Shown here piece by piece: positions 1-9,358 of a stretch of DNA of 64,000 nt. Made by a program: the position numbers and the translations under genes. Positions within the stretch are counted from its first letter, which is position 1. Each line of letters opens with the position of its first letter. The stretch comes from Candidatus Gastranaerophilales bacterium (GTDB lineage: Bacteria; Cyanobacteriota; Vampirovibrionia; Gastranaerophilales; JAILCC01), in contig JAQVHS010000001.1 in assembly GCA_028696075.1 (NCBI GenBank), positions 194,408-258,407 on the forward strand. Direction: 5' to 3'. The notes beneath the pieces were generated by a model. The model was given only the letters and a program-made list of their open reading frames with translations. It was not told the origin of the DNA and ran no database searches.

Positions 1-1
1 A

Positions 2-511
2 GCTGCAAGAGCAAACCTGCAAATGTATGTTACAGGCTCGAGATACGAGGAAAAAATCCTTGCGGGCGCTAACGTAAGAAAAGCGCAAGGGGTTGTTCAA
101 GAGGTAAATTCTTACCTGCAGGAGAACCAAATCAAAACTCCGATTTCCGGTCAGATTACCGATATTGCGGTCGAAGAGGGCGAACTTGTCGGTGCGGGGT
201 ACACAATTATTACGATTGTTGATATTAATGATAACTGGGTAGTGTTTAATTTAAGAGAAGATTTGTTGTCAAAAATCAAAATGGGCAGTGAATTTGACGT
301 AACAATTCCCGCAGTGGGCAAAGAACCCGTAAAAGTTAAAGTCGATTATATTTCCGTACTCGGTAATTTTGCCACTTGGAGAGCTACCAAAGTCAGAGGC
401 GATTTTGATTTAAAAACTTTTGAAATCCATGCCCGCCCCGTTACTCCGCCCGAAGGACTTAGAGCAGGCATGAGCGCTATCGCTGATTGGAACAAAGTCG
501 GAAAGAACTAA
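2..511 (+). CDS. HlyD-family membrane-fusion (periplasmic adaptor) protein, C-terminal fragment; 5' end lies left of the window
   Basis: Frame is open from base 2 (no stop before the track ATG at 23) to TAA 509-511. HlyD-like C-terminal sequence (PISGQITDIAVEEGELVGAGYTIITIVD). Directly followed by two ABC-2 permease genes. Confidence 0.7.
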   Translation, partial: AARANLQMYVTGSRYEEKILAGANVRKAQGVVQEVNSYLQENQIKTPISGQITDIAVEEGELVGAGYTIITIVDINDNWVVFNLREDLLSKIKMGSEFDVTIPAVGKEPVKVKVDYISVLGNFATWRATKVRGDFDLKTFEIHARPVTPPEGLRAGMSAIADWNKVGKN

Positions 512-516
512 GCATT

Positions 517-1683
517 ATGAACGCTTTTGTCAAAACGTCAAAAAGAGAAGTTAAAAAACTGGCTGCAAACCCTTTTATCCTTGTGATTTTATTTATAGCG
601 CCCCTGTTCGTATGTTTTGTTATAGCGTTTACTTTTTTGGCGGGTTCCGCGACGGATTTACCCGTAGCGGTTCTGGATATGGACAACAGCAATCTTTCAA
701 GAAAGATTGTAAGAATGATTGATGCAACGCCTGCCTGTGAGGTCAAATACAGGGTTGCCGATTTAAAAGAAGGCAAAGAACTGATTTCAGGCGGAAATGC
801 TTATGCGCTGGTGTATATTCCAAAGGATTTCAAACGGGATATAACACGGGGAACCCGCCCGCAGCTTGTTTATTACTACAACAATCAGGCAATTTTAATC
901 GGAGGAGTTATAACAAAAGAAGTTCAAACCGCCATACAAAGCGTCATGGCAGGCATTACGCTAAAAATACAGATGAAAAAAGGGCTTCCAAAAGACGCTG
1001 CGATGGCAAAAATAAACCTTATAAGGGTAGATGAACATATACATTCAAACCCTTATTTGAATTACTCTTACTTTTTGTCCTATGCGGCTTTTGCGCATAC
1101 TTTTCAGATTATTATAATATTCCTGGTAATCTGGTCATTGGGGGTTGAGTTTAAAGAGGGAACAACAAAAGAATGGCTTGAAACCGCAAATAATTCCATA
1201 TTTGCGGCAGTTTTTGGCAAACTTGCGGTTTATATGGTTTGTTTTTTAGTATTGATGACGATTGCCTACGGCACCTACGTTTTAGCTTACAGCGCTCCGT
1301 TTGAAGCTAACCTGATTTTTTTAACTTTGGGAACTTTTTGCTTTATACTTGCATATCAAATGGCAGGAGTTATTTTTGTCGCAGTGTTGTCTAATTTAAG
1401 GTTTGCACTGAGCAGCGGTGCTTTTTATACTTCATTGGGGTTGACTTTTGCGGGAATGACTTATCCTGCTATGGCAATGCCGCCTTTTGCACAATTTTAC
1501 AGCGCATTATTACCTATAAGACCATATGTAAATCTTGTAATAGACCAAATGATGAGAGGTTTTGCACCAAAGTACGATGTTATTTATGTTGTTTGGATGT
1601 TGGCTTTGGCAGCTTTTGGGTTCTTCTTTTTACCGTTATTAAAAAAGCACGCTCAGGATGAAAGTTTGTGGTATCAGCTATGA
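517..1683 (+). CDS. ABC-2 type transporter permease (YhhJ/YbhS-like)
   Basis: ATG 517 lies 6 nt after the upstream stop, with GGAAAG upstream; the track ORF begins at an upstream TTG 487. N-terminal TM, large extracytoplasmic loop (LPVAVLDMDNSNLSRKI) and a C-terminal bundle of hydrophobic helices. Confidence 0.8.
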   Translation: MNAFVKTSKREVKKLAANPFILVILFIAPLFVCFVIAFTFLAGSATDLPVAVLDMDNSNLSRKIVRMIDATPACEVKYRVADLKEGKELISGGNAYALVYIPKDFKRDITRGTRPQLVYYYNNQAILIGGVITKEVQTAIQSVMAGITLKIQMKKGLPKDAAMAKINLIRVDEHIHSNPYLNYSYFLSYAAFAHTFQIIIIFLVIWSLGVEFKEGTTKEWLETANNSIFAAVFGKLAVYMVCFLVLMTIAYGTYVLAYSAPFEANLIFLTLGTFCFILAYQMAGVIFVAVLSNLRFALSSGAFYTSLGLTFAGMTYPAMAMPPFAQFYSALLPIRPYVNLVIDQMMRGFAPKYDVIYVVWMLALAAFGFFFLPLLKKHAQDESLWYQL

Positions 1684-2873
1684 AAAATCTTTGGCGCATA
1701 TTTCAATCAGAATTTAAAAATATGATGACAGACAAAGGCAGTATGCTTGTGATGGTGCTTGGGATTTTTATGTATTCGTTGTTTTATACTATCCCTTTTT
1801 CTACGCATATTTTGAGGGAAGTACCTCTGGGTGTGGTGGATTTTGATAACAGTTCTTTTTCAAGAGAATTTATAAGAAATTTAGACAGCAATGAATTTAT
1901 AAAAGTTACTTCCGAACCTATAGATATTGACGCTGCAAAAGAAGAATATTACCGTGATAAAATCAAGTCGTTTATCGTTATTCCAAAGGGCTTTGAAAAA
2001 GATATTTTAAGAGGCGGGCATTCTTTTATTACTTCTTATGAAGATAGCGCTTTTTTAATTATATACAAGCAGGTTGCAACGGGAATTATCACTACTGCAA
2101 CATCTTTTGGGGCAAAAATAGAGATAGGAAGCCTTATGAAAAAGGGCTTAAGCAAACAGCAGGCAATAAGTATGAAACTGCCGTTTGAATTTGTTGATAT
2201 GCCGCTTTATAACCCTGTATCAAGTTACCAAAATTACCTTTATCCGATTGTATTAATTTTAATATTGCAGCAGACTATGCTGATAGGCGCGGGGATTTTA
2301 GGCGGAACATTAAAGGAAAGGCTTAAAGGCTGCAAAGAATGGTCAAAAGACGGTGCTGTTGAGGTTAAGTCGGATAAGGTTAACGAATTCAGCGATAATC
2401 CCATAGAAATAGTGTTTGGCAAAAGTCTGGCTTATACATCAATTTATACAGTTTATACGCTGATATATTTTTTGATACCGCCGGCGTTTCTTGTTTATGA
2501 TATGAGCTATAACATAATACCAATGATTTTACTTTTTTTACCGTTTCTTTTTGCTACCGCATTTTTGGGGCAATTATTGGTGTTCTTTTATACCGGCAGA
2601 GAAAGTTCTTTGATGGCGCTTGTTGTTACTTCTGTTCCGCTGATATTTTTGCCGGGGTTTGTCTGGCCCACAGAAAGCATACCTTTCGGACTACTTGTAT
2701 TTTCAAAATTCATGCCCGCTACCCCCGCCATAAACGGCTTGATAAAAATAAACCAGATGGGCGCAAGCTTTTGGCAGGTTCAGGGTGATTTTTGGCTTTT
2801 GGTCGGACTTTGTGTGTTGTATTTTTTCCTCGCTTGCCTTGTGGTTAAGCGTATGCAGAAAAAAGTTAAATAA
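1680..2873 (+). CDS. ABC-2 type transporter permease, paralog of the preceding gene
   Basis: ATGA start/stop overlap with the upstream gene (ATG 1680, TGA 1681-1683); the track start is GTG 1668. Same architecture as the upstream gene (VPLGVVDFDNSSFSREFI loop, C-terminal TM bundle). Confidence 0.8.
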   Translation: MKNLWRIFQSEFKNMMTDKGSMLVMVLGIFMYSLFYTIPFSTHILREVPLGVVDFDNSSFSREFIRNLDSNEFIKVTSEPIDIDAAKEEYYRDKIKSFIVIPKGFEKDILRGGHSFITSYEDSAFLIIYKQVATGIITTATSFGAKIEIGSLMKKGLSKQQAISMKLPFEFVDMPLYNPVSSYQNYLYPIVLILILQQTMLIGAGILGGTLKERLKGCKEWSKDGAVEVKSDKVNEFSDNPIEIVFGKSLAYTSIYTVYTLIYFLIPPAFLVYDMSYNIIPMILLFLPFLFATAFLGQLLVFFYTGRESSLMALVVTSVPLIFLPGFVWPTESIPFGLLVFSKFMPATPAINGLIKINQMGASFWQVQGDFWLLVGLCVLYFFLACLVVKRMQKKVK

Positions 2874-2981
2874 TAAGTTTTTAAACCTGAAAATACCAAT
2901 GGCAATTTTTTTGTTCAAAAATTGTTTATTTAAACATATCAATTTTTCATGCAGAGTTAGAAATTAGAAAAGGAGAAAATT

Positions 2982-3290
2982 ATGTCAGAAGTGGGTGCAG
3001 TTGATTTTAGTAAAATAGGCAGTGCTGCAATAAGAGCAGAGGCTAAAAAAGGTGATTTCAAACGAGTATCACAACAATATCCCGAAGTTTATGAAGCATT
3101 GTTAGAAAAAGGGATAGCAAAGCCTGAAGGTACTGACTACAATAATTATAAGCTACATACGTCATTATTTAGTCAATCTAAGCCGACAGATGACGCTGCC
3201 CCAAAGACAGCACCTCCTAAACCATCGTCTGAAAAACTTGAAAAGCTCCTTGATAAACCAATAGAAAACACTTTTTCTGTTGAAGTATAA
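2982..3290 (+). CDS. hypothetical small protein
   Basis: AAAGGAG RBS just upstream of ATG 2982. 102 codons with a Pro/Lys-rich C-terminal half. Ends at a hairpin terminator. No family recognised. Confidence 0.5.
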   Translation: MSEVGAVDFSKIGSAAIRAEAKKGDFKRVSQQYPEVYEALLEKGIAKPEGTDYNNYKLHTSLFSQSKPTDDAAPKTAPPKPSSEKLEKLLDKPIENTFSVEV

Positions 3291-3299
3291 TAAAAGTAT

Positions 3300-3329
3300 T
3301 AAAAAGAGTGCTGATGGCACTCTTTTTAA
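3300..3329. terminator. bidirectional rho-independent terminator between convergent genes
   Basis: AAAAAGAGTGC-tgatg-GCACTCTTTTT: perfect 7-bp GC-containing stem (3305-3311 / 3317-3323) flanked by an A-run and a T-run. Confidence 0.75.
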
Positions 3330-3340
3330 TGCAAAATTTT

Positions 3341-3853
3341 TTACACTCCGCAGCCGCAGCAATGGCTGTTGTCGAAGGTGTCTTTATTCTTTATACAGGT
3401 GTTGCACTTCTCCTGCATTTTGCCCTCATTGACAAAATATTGAAAGCTCTTAATCCACTTAGGTTCTTTGCACGTGCAAGTCTGCATAAAAGTAAGAAAT
3501 TCAACAAACCTTTTTAAAACATCTTCCGTCATGGAAAATTCTATATTATTAGCAGAGGTTTCAATTTCTTCAGGCTTCATCATAAGCACCGTTTCTAAAA
3601 ATGTACGGATAGTTTGATGCCTGTTTATCTTTTCTTCGACAATTTTTTGCCCCTTGGACGTCATTGTAATTAAACCGTAAGGTTCGTATTTAAGGTAGCC
3701 TTTTTTTGCAAGTGCCTTAACGGCCTCTGAAGTTGAGGATGCGCCCACCTGCATTTTTGCCGCTACGTCTTTTACTCTCGCTGCGGAATTTTTTTGCACC
3801 AATTCATAAACAGTGTGCAAATATTTCTCAAGACTTTGGGTAAGTTCTTTCAT
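3341..3853 (-). CDS. DtxR/MntR-family metal-dependent transcriptional repressor with Cys-rich C-terminal tail
   Basis: N-terminal winged-helix and dimerisation region typical of DtxR/MntR (LEKYLHTVYELV..ARVKDVAAKMQV..SSTSEAVKALAKKGYL..YEPYG.ITMTSKG). The tail carries CTC...CNTC...HCCGCG. Confidence 0.8.
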   Translation of the reverse strand: MKELTQSLEKYLHTVYELVQKNSAARVKDVAAKMQVGASSTSEAVKALAKKGYLKYEPYGLITMTSKGQKIVEEKINRHQTIRTFLETVLMMKPEEIETSANNIEFSMTEDVLKRFVEFLTFMQTCTCKEPKWIKSFQYFVNEGKMQEKCNTCIKNKDTFDNSHCCGCGV

Positions 3854-3905
3854 TTTTTGCCTGTAATCATGCCTGCCTAATATTTTATGTTATACCATAA
3901 GATAC

Positions 3906-5507
3906 TTATTTTTTGAAATAAACGGGCATATACTTGTTTATATCCAATGGAACTGCTTGAGGCGGTTTGGTTTTTGTTTGATTTTTTTTGGTCATTGCAA
4001 TGTTTAGCTTTGGCAATATAATTCCAAGCATCAAAAGCGAATATGCAAGCCCTGAAATATGCGCTATGTTTAATTTTCTGATATTTTCTTTCACGAGCTT
4101 ACCGCCTTGAGCCGTTATTTCCGCATGGGTTTTCAGGGAAATATTTTTCAACCAGTGCGAGATACCTTTTCCCGGTTTTGAGATATTGAACAGATTTTCT
4201 TTTTTAGGGTCTAAAATTTGGGCAACACCTTTTGCCACAAAACCGCCTAAAACAAGCCAGTTAAGAAATCCCATATAATCTCTGAATACAGTTTCTCTTA
4301 ACTCTGTCTTGTCTTTTGATGCCAAAATCCTGCCCAAAACAAGCGCTCCAAAGACAACTTTGATAGCATGCCCGCTTGTTGCAGGTCCGGTAAGTTCTAA
4401 ACGCTTCACCAAATCTTTTAAACTGTTAATGTTCATCACCTTCACAAGCATTAAAATAAATCCGCTGCCTGCAAGAAGTTTATAAAGGTTTAAGTTCTTT
4501 TTCTTGTCTTCTCTCTTGTTTTGGGTGTTTAAGTCCGAAAGATAATCCATATTCCCTACAAATGCCGCAGTGCCTGTGCGTTTTTTTGTAATATATCGGT
4601 TTAACGCCTGATTTGTAAGTGCAAGCCCGATAGATAATGAAATTGCACCAAAGGTTTTGATACTGTTTAGCGCTTTTAATTTTTTGAGTATTGTTTCCGT
4701 ATCGGAAGAGTTGAATATATTTTGCCCTGCATCTATGGTATCTCTAAGAACGTTATGTATAGTACTTGTAACAGATTTCCCGCCGTTTTTAACGGTTATG
4801 TTATTTTCTGACAAAGTTGCATTAATTATTCTGTGGGTTATGATTTCCAGCAGGTTTTTTGAGTCATTCCCGCTGACGGTTTTGTCCGTTATTAACCTTG
4901 TTAATCCTTCTGATATACTTTGATGTGATTTGAGTGAGGTATGAATATTTTCAAATTCTTTATTACCCCATTTGAATTTTTGCCAGGCATCTTTGTCATA
5001 CCACCGGATTTTGTCCCAGTTAATTTCATTCCAGTTTATATTTTTATCCTTGCTAAAGCCTGATAAAGATGATAAAAGGTTCTCTACATAGCCTTTTGCT
5101 GTCTTATTTGAAGTGTTCCAAACATTATTTAATACATCAAGAATATTGTTGGATGCCCAGGAATTGTTATTTACTTTTACTTTTGGCTGTACAAATTTGG
5201 ACGCTGCTTTATTTATCAATTGCCCGAATAACCCGGCGGAAAAGCAGGCTATAAAAGTTCCCGTAAATTCCCTAAATGCCATCTCTGCAGCTGCATATTT
5301 GTTTCTTTCTCTATACTCTACAATAGGTCTTGGTATATCCATTGCAAACACATCAATCACAGAAGCGTTAATCATTGGTTTTGTATCAAGAATTGCCAGT
5401 CCTTTTGTTAATGTAGTGTCCAACACCCCTCTAAAATTGGGTTTTGAATAATTATTTTCTGCCTTCACTTTTATCATTTCTAACGTTCCTTTACTAAAAT
5501 TCTTCAC
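3906..5507 (-). CDS. hypothetical polytopic membrane protein
   Basis: 533-codon ORF from GTG 5507; an alternative ATG at 5477 is preceded by AAGGA. At least six hydrophobic segments. No family recognised. Lies 52 nt upstream of the DtxR-like gene on the same strand. Confidence 0.55.
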   Translation of the reverse strand: MKNFSKGTLEMIKVKAENNYSKPNFRGVLDTTLTKGLAILDTKPMINASVIDVFAMDIPRPIVEYRERNKYAAAEMAFREFTGTFIACFSAGLFGQLINKAASKFVQPKVKVNNNSWASNNILDVLNNVWNTSNKTAKGYVENLLSSLSGFSKDKNINWNEINWDKIRWYDKDAWQKFKWGNKEFENIHTSLKSHQSISEGLTRLITDKTVSGNDSKNLLEIITHRIINATLSENNITVKNGGKSVTSTIHNVLRDTIDAGQNIFNSSDTETILKKLKALNSIKTFGAISLSIGLALTNQALNRYITKKRTGTAAFVGNMDYLSDLNTQNKREDKKKNLNLYKLLAGSGFILMLVKVMNINSLKDLVKRLELTGPATSGHAIKVVFGALVLGRILASKDKTELRETVFRDYMGFLNWLVLGGFVAKGVAQILDPKKENLFNISKPGKGISHWLKNISLKTHAEITAQGGKLVKENIRKLNIAHISGLAYSLLMLGIILPKLNIAMTKKNQTKTKPPQAVPLDINKYMPVYFKK

Positions 5508-5761
5508 AAAAAAAAGTCCTTAAAATTTATTAAGGACCCTTTTCAATATCGAAAAATCTTTGCAGCGTTGACTAAGTCCTTAATTTCAAGAACTGACAAC
5601 AACAATACATATTTTGATTTAATTTTACATTCATGCTCATAACATATTATATTAAATAAAAAAATAAAATGTCAATACTCTAATCTTGTAAAAATTTAGT
5701 GTTTGTAGTATGTTATGGTATGGCATAAAAAATAAGGAAAGCAAAAAATCAAGGTTCTTCT

Positions 5762-6400
5762 ATGAAAAAAATACTATGCTATGGAGATTCAAATACATAC
5801 GGCTATAACCCCGAAAACTCGGGCAGATACAACAAAACAACCCGCTGGACAGCTTTGCTTGTGAAGTTGCTTGGCAATGACTATGAAATTATTGAAGAAG
5901 GCTGTAATAACAGGACAGGATTTGCCTATAACCCTTGCGGATTTATCCAAAACGGTCAAAAGTATTTACCTGTTTGCCTGAGAGAATATTCGGATATTGA
6001 TATTGCAATATTAGCGCTTGGAACAAACGATTTACAGACATCTTTTCATATAGATTGGGAGATTGTTGAAAAAGGGTTGCTGACTCTTATTGCAACGGTT
6101 AAAAAATTCCACCCCGGTGCAAGAATTATTATTGTGCCGCCTGTAATTTTAAGCGAAGATATCTTGAACGGTGCTTTTGCCCACCAGTTTGACCGAAATT
6201 CAATTGATAAATCAAAACAAATAGGTCAGATATATAAGCAAATTGCACAAGCAAGCCATTGTGAAATTATAGACTTTAATGAATTTGTATCGCCGTCAGA
6301 ACAAGACGGGCTGCATTATTGTGCGCAAGCTCATGCAATCATAGCTGAAAAACTGACAGATTTTATTGAGGAGGGAACTTTTAATGAAAATAACCGTTAA
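5762..6400 (+). CDS. SGNH/GDSL-family hydrolase
   Basis: Block I CYGDSNTYGY, block III GTNDL and block V DGLHY (catalytic Ser/Asp/His signature). Confidence 0.85.
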   Translation: MKKILCYGDSNTYGYNPENSGRYNKTTRWTALLVKLLGNDYEIIEEGCNNRTGFAYNPCGFIQNGQKYLPVCLREYSDIDIAILALGTNDLQTSFHIDWEIVEKGLLTLIATVKKFHPGARIIIVPPVILSEDILNGAFAHQFDRNSIDKSKQIGQIYKQIAQASHCEIIDFNEFVSPSEQDGLHYCAQAHAIIAEKLTDFIEEGTFNENNR

Positions 6401-6584
6401 CGGCAAAGAAGTAGAATTATATAACTCTGATACAATAGCGGATTTTATTGTAGAGAGAAAAATTGCAGGCACAATGTTTGTGATTGAAAAGAATTTAAAA
6501 ATTATTAACAAAGAAGACTATGCCTCAGAACCGCTTCAAGAAAGCGACACTATAGAGTTAGTCGGTTTTACCGGAGGGGGTTAA
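6384..6584 (+). CDS. thiS: ThiS/MoaD-family sulfur-carrier protein (C-terminus ...VGFTGGG-stop)
   Basis: 66 aa starting MKITVNGK from ATG 6384, with GAGGAGGG RBS at 6368-6375. Ends in Gly-Gly-Gly directly before the stop. Overlaps the SGNH gene by 17 nt. The track ORF begins further upstream at 6366. Confidence 0.8.
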   Translation: MKITVNGKEVELYNSDTIADFIVERKIAGTMFVIEKNLKIINKEDYASEPLQESDTIELVGFTGGG

Positions 6585-7685
6585 GTGAAAGTACTTGTCG
6601 GTATGTCAGGCGGTGTTGATTCATCAACAACAGCAATATTACTGAAGGAACAAGGACACCGGGTCATTGGAGCAACAATGGCTATTTGGGGTAAGGGCGG
6701 TATTTATAAGCAAATTCAGGAGGAGCTGGATAAACTGCCGAAAAAAGCTCATGGAGCTTGTCTTGGACCTGATGAGAAAGAAGATATTGAAGCCGCAAAA
6801 AAAATTTGTGAACAGATAGGTATAGAATTTCACGTTTTTGATTGTGCAAAGCAATATCAGGAAATTGTGCTTGAAAATTTTAAAAAAGAATATTTGCACG
6901 GAAGAACCCCGAACCCTTGCATTTGGTGTAACGCACTTATCAAGTTTGATGTTTTACCCCGCCTTGCAAAACTTAACGGTATTGAATTTGATAAATTCGC
7001 TACAGGACACTATGCAAGAATTGAACAGGGCAACAACGGGCAACTCCTTTTAAAAAGAGGAATAAACCCTAAAAAAGACCAGTCGTATTTCTTGCACAGA
7101 TTAAATCAGGAACAGTTGAAAAATATTCTTTTACCGTTAGGCGGATTTGAAAAATCCGAAATAAGAGAAATTGCAAAATCCCAAGAGTTGAGCGTTGCGG
7201 ATAAACCCGACAGTCAGGATTTTTATGAGGGCGATTATAACCGGCTTTTGCAGGTCGAAAACAAAACAGGAAATATTACGGATACAAAAGGCAATATTTT
7301 AGGAACCCATAACGGAATATGGAATTTCACAATCGGACAGAGAAAAGGGCTTGGTATCAGCTCTACGGAAGCGCTTTATGTAATTGAGCTTAAAAAAGAT
7401 ACAAATGAAGTTGTCGTCGGTTTTAAAGACAAAACCATGAACGACAAACTTATTGCTGTCAAAATGAATTGGATAGGGTATGATAAACCTGAGAAGGAAC
7501 TTCGATGTTTCGCAAAAATCCGCTCCACTCAGGAACCGGCAGAAGTAACGGTGACTCCTTTGGCAAATGATGATATAGAAGTTACATTTACAAATATGCA
7601 AAATTCCATTGCTCCCGGGCAAGCCGTCGTGTTATATGAAGGCGATACAGTCTTAGGCGGCGGAATTATTGATAAAGTCTTATAG
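6585..7685 (+). CDS. mnmA: MnmA-like tRNA 2-thiouridylase (PP-loop ATPase), atypical active site
   Basis: GTG start directly after the thiS stop, with GGAGGGGG upstream. PP-loop SGGVDSS; motifs RTPNPCIWCNALIKF, ATGHYAR, KDQSYFL and TIGQRKGLGI. At the DS(Q/T)xICF motif the sequence reads DSQDFYEG, so Tyr replaces Cys. Confidence 0.8.
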   Translation: MKVLVGMSGGVDSSTTAILLKEQGHRVIGATMAIWGKGGIYKQIQEELDKLPKKAHGACLGPDEKEDIEAAKKICEQIGIEFHVFDCAKQYQEIVLENFKKEYLHGRTPNPCIWCNALIKFDVLPRLAKLNGIEFDKFATGHYARIEQGNNGQLLLKRGINPKKDQSYFLHRLNQEQLKNILLPLGGFEKSEIREIAKSQELSVADKPDSQDFYEGDYNRLLQVENKTGNITDTKGNILGTHNGIWNFTIGQRKGLGISSTEALYVIELKKDTNEVVVGFKDKTMNDKLIAVKMNWIGYDKPEKELRCFAKIRSTQEPAEVTVTPLANDDIEVTFTNMQNSIAPGQAVVLYEGDTVLGGGIIDKVL

Positions 7686-7704
7686 ATTATAAGGGAATAA
7701 CGAA

Positions 7705-8427
7705 TTGATAAGATATGACAGAAATATATTAATCAATGAAATAGGCGCAGAGGGTCAAACAAAACTCCTGAGTGCAAAAGTTTTAATCTGCGGTGCAGGC
7801 GGGTTGGGGTCAACTGTTATTGCAAACCTTGCCGCTGCAGGAGTCGGCACTATCGGGATTGTAGACAATGATATTCTTGAGCTGTCTAATTTAAACAGAC
7901 AATATATTCATAAATTTGCAAATATCGGACAGGCAAAAATAAACTCTGCCAAAAACTGGATACAAGAATTTAACCCCGATATTAACATCAAGACTTATAA
8001 TGTAAGGCTCGATGAAAATAATTATCAATCAATTGCCGGCGAATATGATTTAATCATAGATTGTTTTGATAGTTTTGAATCAAAATTTTTACTAAATAAC
8101 ATTGCACTAAAGATGAATAAATCTTTAATAGCAGGCGGGGTAACGGAATTCAGGGGTCAGGTAACTACTGTTTTGCCCCATAAAAGTGCGTGTTTGAGAT
8201 GCCTGCTGCCTGATGCGGACCCGGAGGCTTATGTTGTAAAAGGAGTTATAAGCCCTACGGTATCTATGATAGCCTCTGTTGAATCTATGGAAGCTGTTAA
8301 ACTTATTCTCGGAACAGGTGAGCTTTTGACCAATCAATTGCTTGTCTTTGACGGATTACAAATGAACTTTAAAAAACTAAAATTTGAAAGAAATAAAAAC
8401 TGCAAATGGTGCAAAGATTATGAATAA
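7705..8427 (+). CDS. ThiF/MoeB/HesA-family E1-like adenylyltransferase
   Basis: TTG start with AAGGGAA upstream. RYDRNILINEIGAEGQTKL..VLICGAGGLGS nucleotide-binding fold. Two CxxC pairs (CLRC, CKWC). No rhodanese domain. Confidence 0.85.
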   Translation: MIRYDRNILINEIGAEGQTKLLSAKVLICGAGGLGSTVIANLAAAGVGTIGIVDNDILELSNLNRQYIHKFANIGQAKINSAKNWIQEFNPDINIKTYNVRLDENNYQSIAGEYDLIIDCFDSFESKFLLNNIALKMNKSLIAGGVTEFRGQVTTVLPHKSACLRCLLPDADPEAYVVKGVISPTVSMIASVESMEAVKLILGTGELLTNQLLVFDGLQMNFKKLKFERNKNCKWCKDYE

Positions 8428-9346
8428 GGAAGAATTATTAAAATTATATGACTTGGAGTTGGAGGAATTGGTTAAAATATCCTCGGCAATTACCAAAGAG
8501 CATTTTAAAAATACTGTAGAAGCCTGCTCTATTATCAGCGCAAAAACAGGTGAATGCCAAGAAAACTGCAAATACTGTTCCCAAAGCGCCCACAACGAAG
8601 CAAAGATTGAATGCCATCCTTTGCTTGAAGTTGAAAAAGTAAAACAGGCAGCGCTTGCGGCAAAAGAAAACGGCGCTACGAGATTTTGTATTGTAACATC
8701 AGGCAGAACCGTTGAAACCAAAGACTTTGGCAAAGTTTTAGACATGATAAAGGCAGTTGCATCAGTTGACGGAATACACTGCTGCGCTTCTTTGGGGCTT
8801 CTTGAAGAAGAGCAGATAAAACAAATTAAACAGGCAGGAGTAAAAAGATTTAACCACAATATCAATACATCAGAAAATTATCACAAAGAAATCTGTACCA
8901 CTCATAATTTTCAAGACAGAATAAATACAATCAAAACTTTGCAAAAATACGGGATAGAAGCCTGTACAGGCGTGATTTTGGGAATGGGTGAAACAAGGGA
9001 AGACAGGGTGGAGATGGCATTGTCTTTGGCTGAATTAAACCCTAAAACAGTTCCTGTCAATATTTTAAACCCCATCAAGGGTACCAAACTGGAGAATTAT
9101 TATGATAAAATTTCCGAAGAAGAAGTTCTAAGGACAATATGTATTTTCAGAATAGCAATGCCAAAAACAATACTAAGGTACGCAGGCGGCAGAAGTACAA
9201 GGTTTTCGCAAGAATATCAGTATTTAGGCATGCAAGCGGGAATTAACGGCATTCTTGTAGGGAATTACCTTACAACGAACGGAGTTGAAAAGGAAAACGA
9301 CCTGAAAATGCTTCATGATTTAGATTTACAATTAACCAAAGCTTAA
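8420..9346 (+). CDS. bioB: biotin synthase (radical SAM)
   Basis: ATG 8420 overlaps the upstream stop by 8 nt. CQENCKYCSQS radical-SAM motif, GATRFCIVTSGR, CCASLG, FNHNINTSENYH..TTHNFQDRINT and EACTGVILGMGE match BioB cluster ligand positions. Confidence 0.85.
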   Translation: MNKEELLKLYDLELEELVKISSAITKEHFKNTVEACSIISAKTGECQENCKYCSQSAHNEAKIECHPLLEVEKVKQAALAAKENGATRFCIVTSGRTVETKDFGKVLDMIKAVASVDGIHCCASLGLLEEEQIKQIKQAGVKRFNHNINTSENYHKEICTTHNFQDRINTIKTLQKYGIEACTGVILGMGETREDRVEMALSLAELNPKTVPVNILNPIKGTKLENYYDKISEEEVLRTICIFRIAMPKTILRYAGGRSTRFSQEYQYLGMQAGINGILVGNYLTTNGVEKENDLKMLHDLDLQLTKA

Positions 9347-9358
9347 AGGAGACAATTT

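Noticed and set aside
8377-8865. Antisense or shadow ORFs inside long genes, e.g. 8377-8865, 17925-18428, 22884-23387, 36627-37124, 38230-38778 and 58150-58653
   Set aside because: Each lies fully within a well-supported conserved gene on the opposite strand or in another frame. They show skewed, low-complexity composition and no recognisable motifs.
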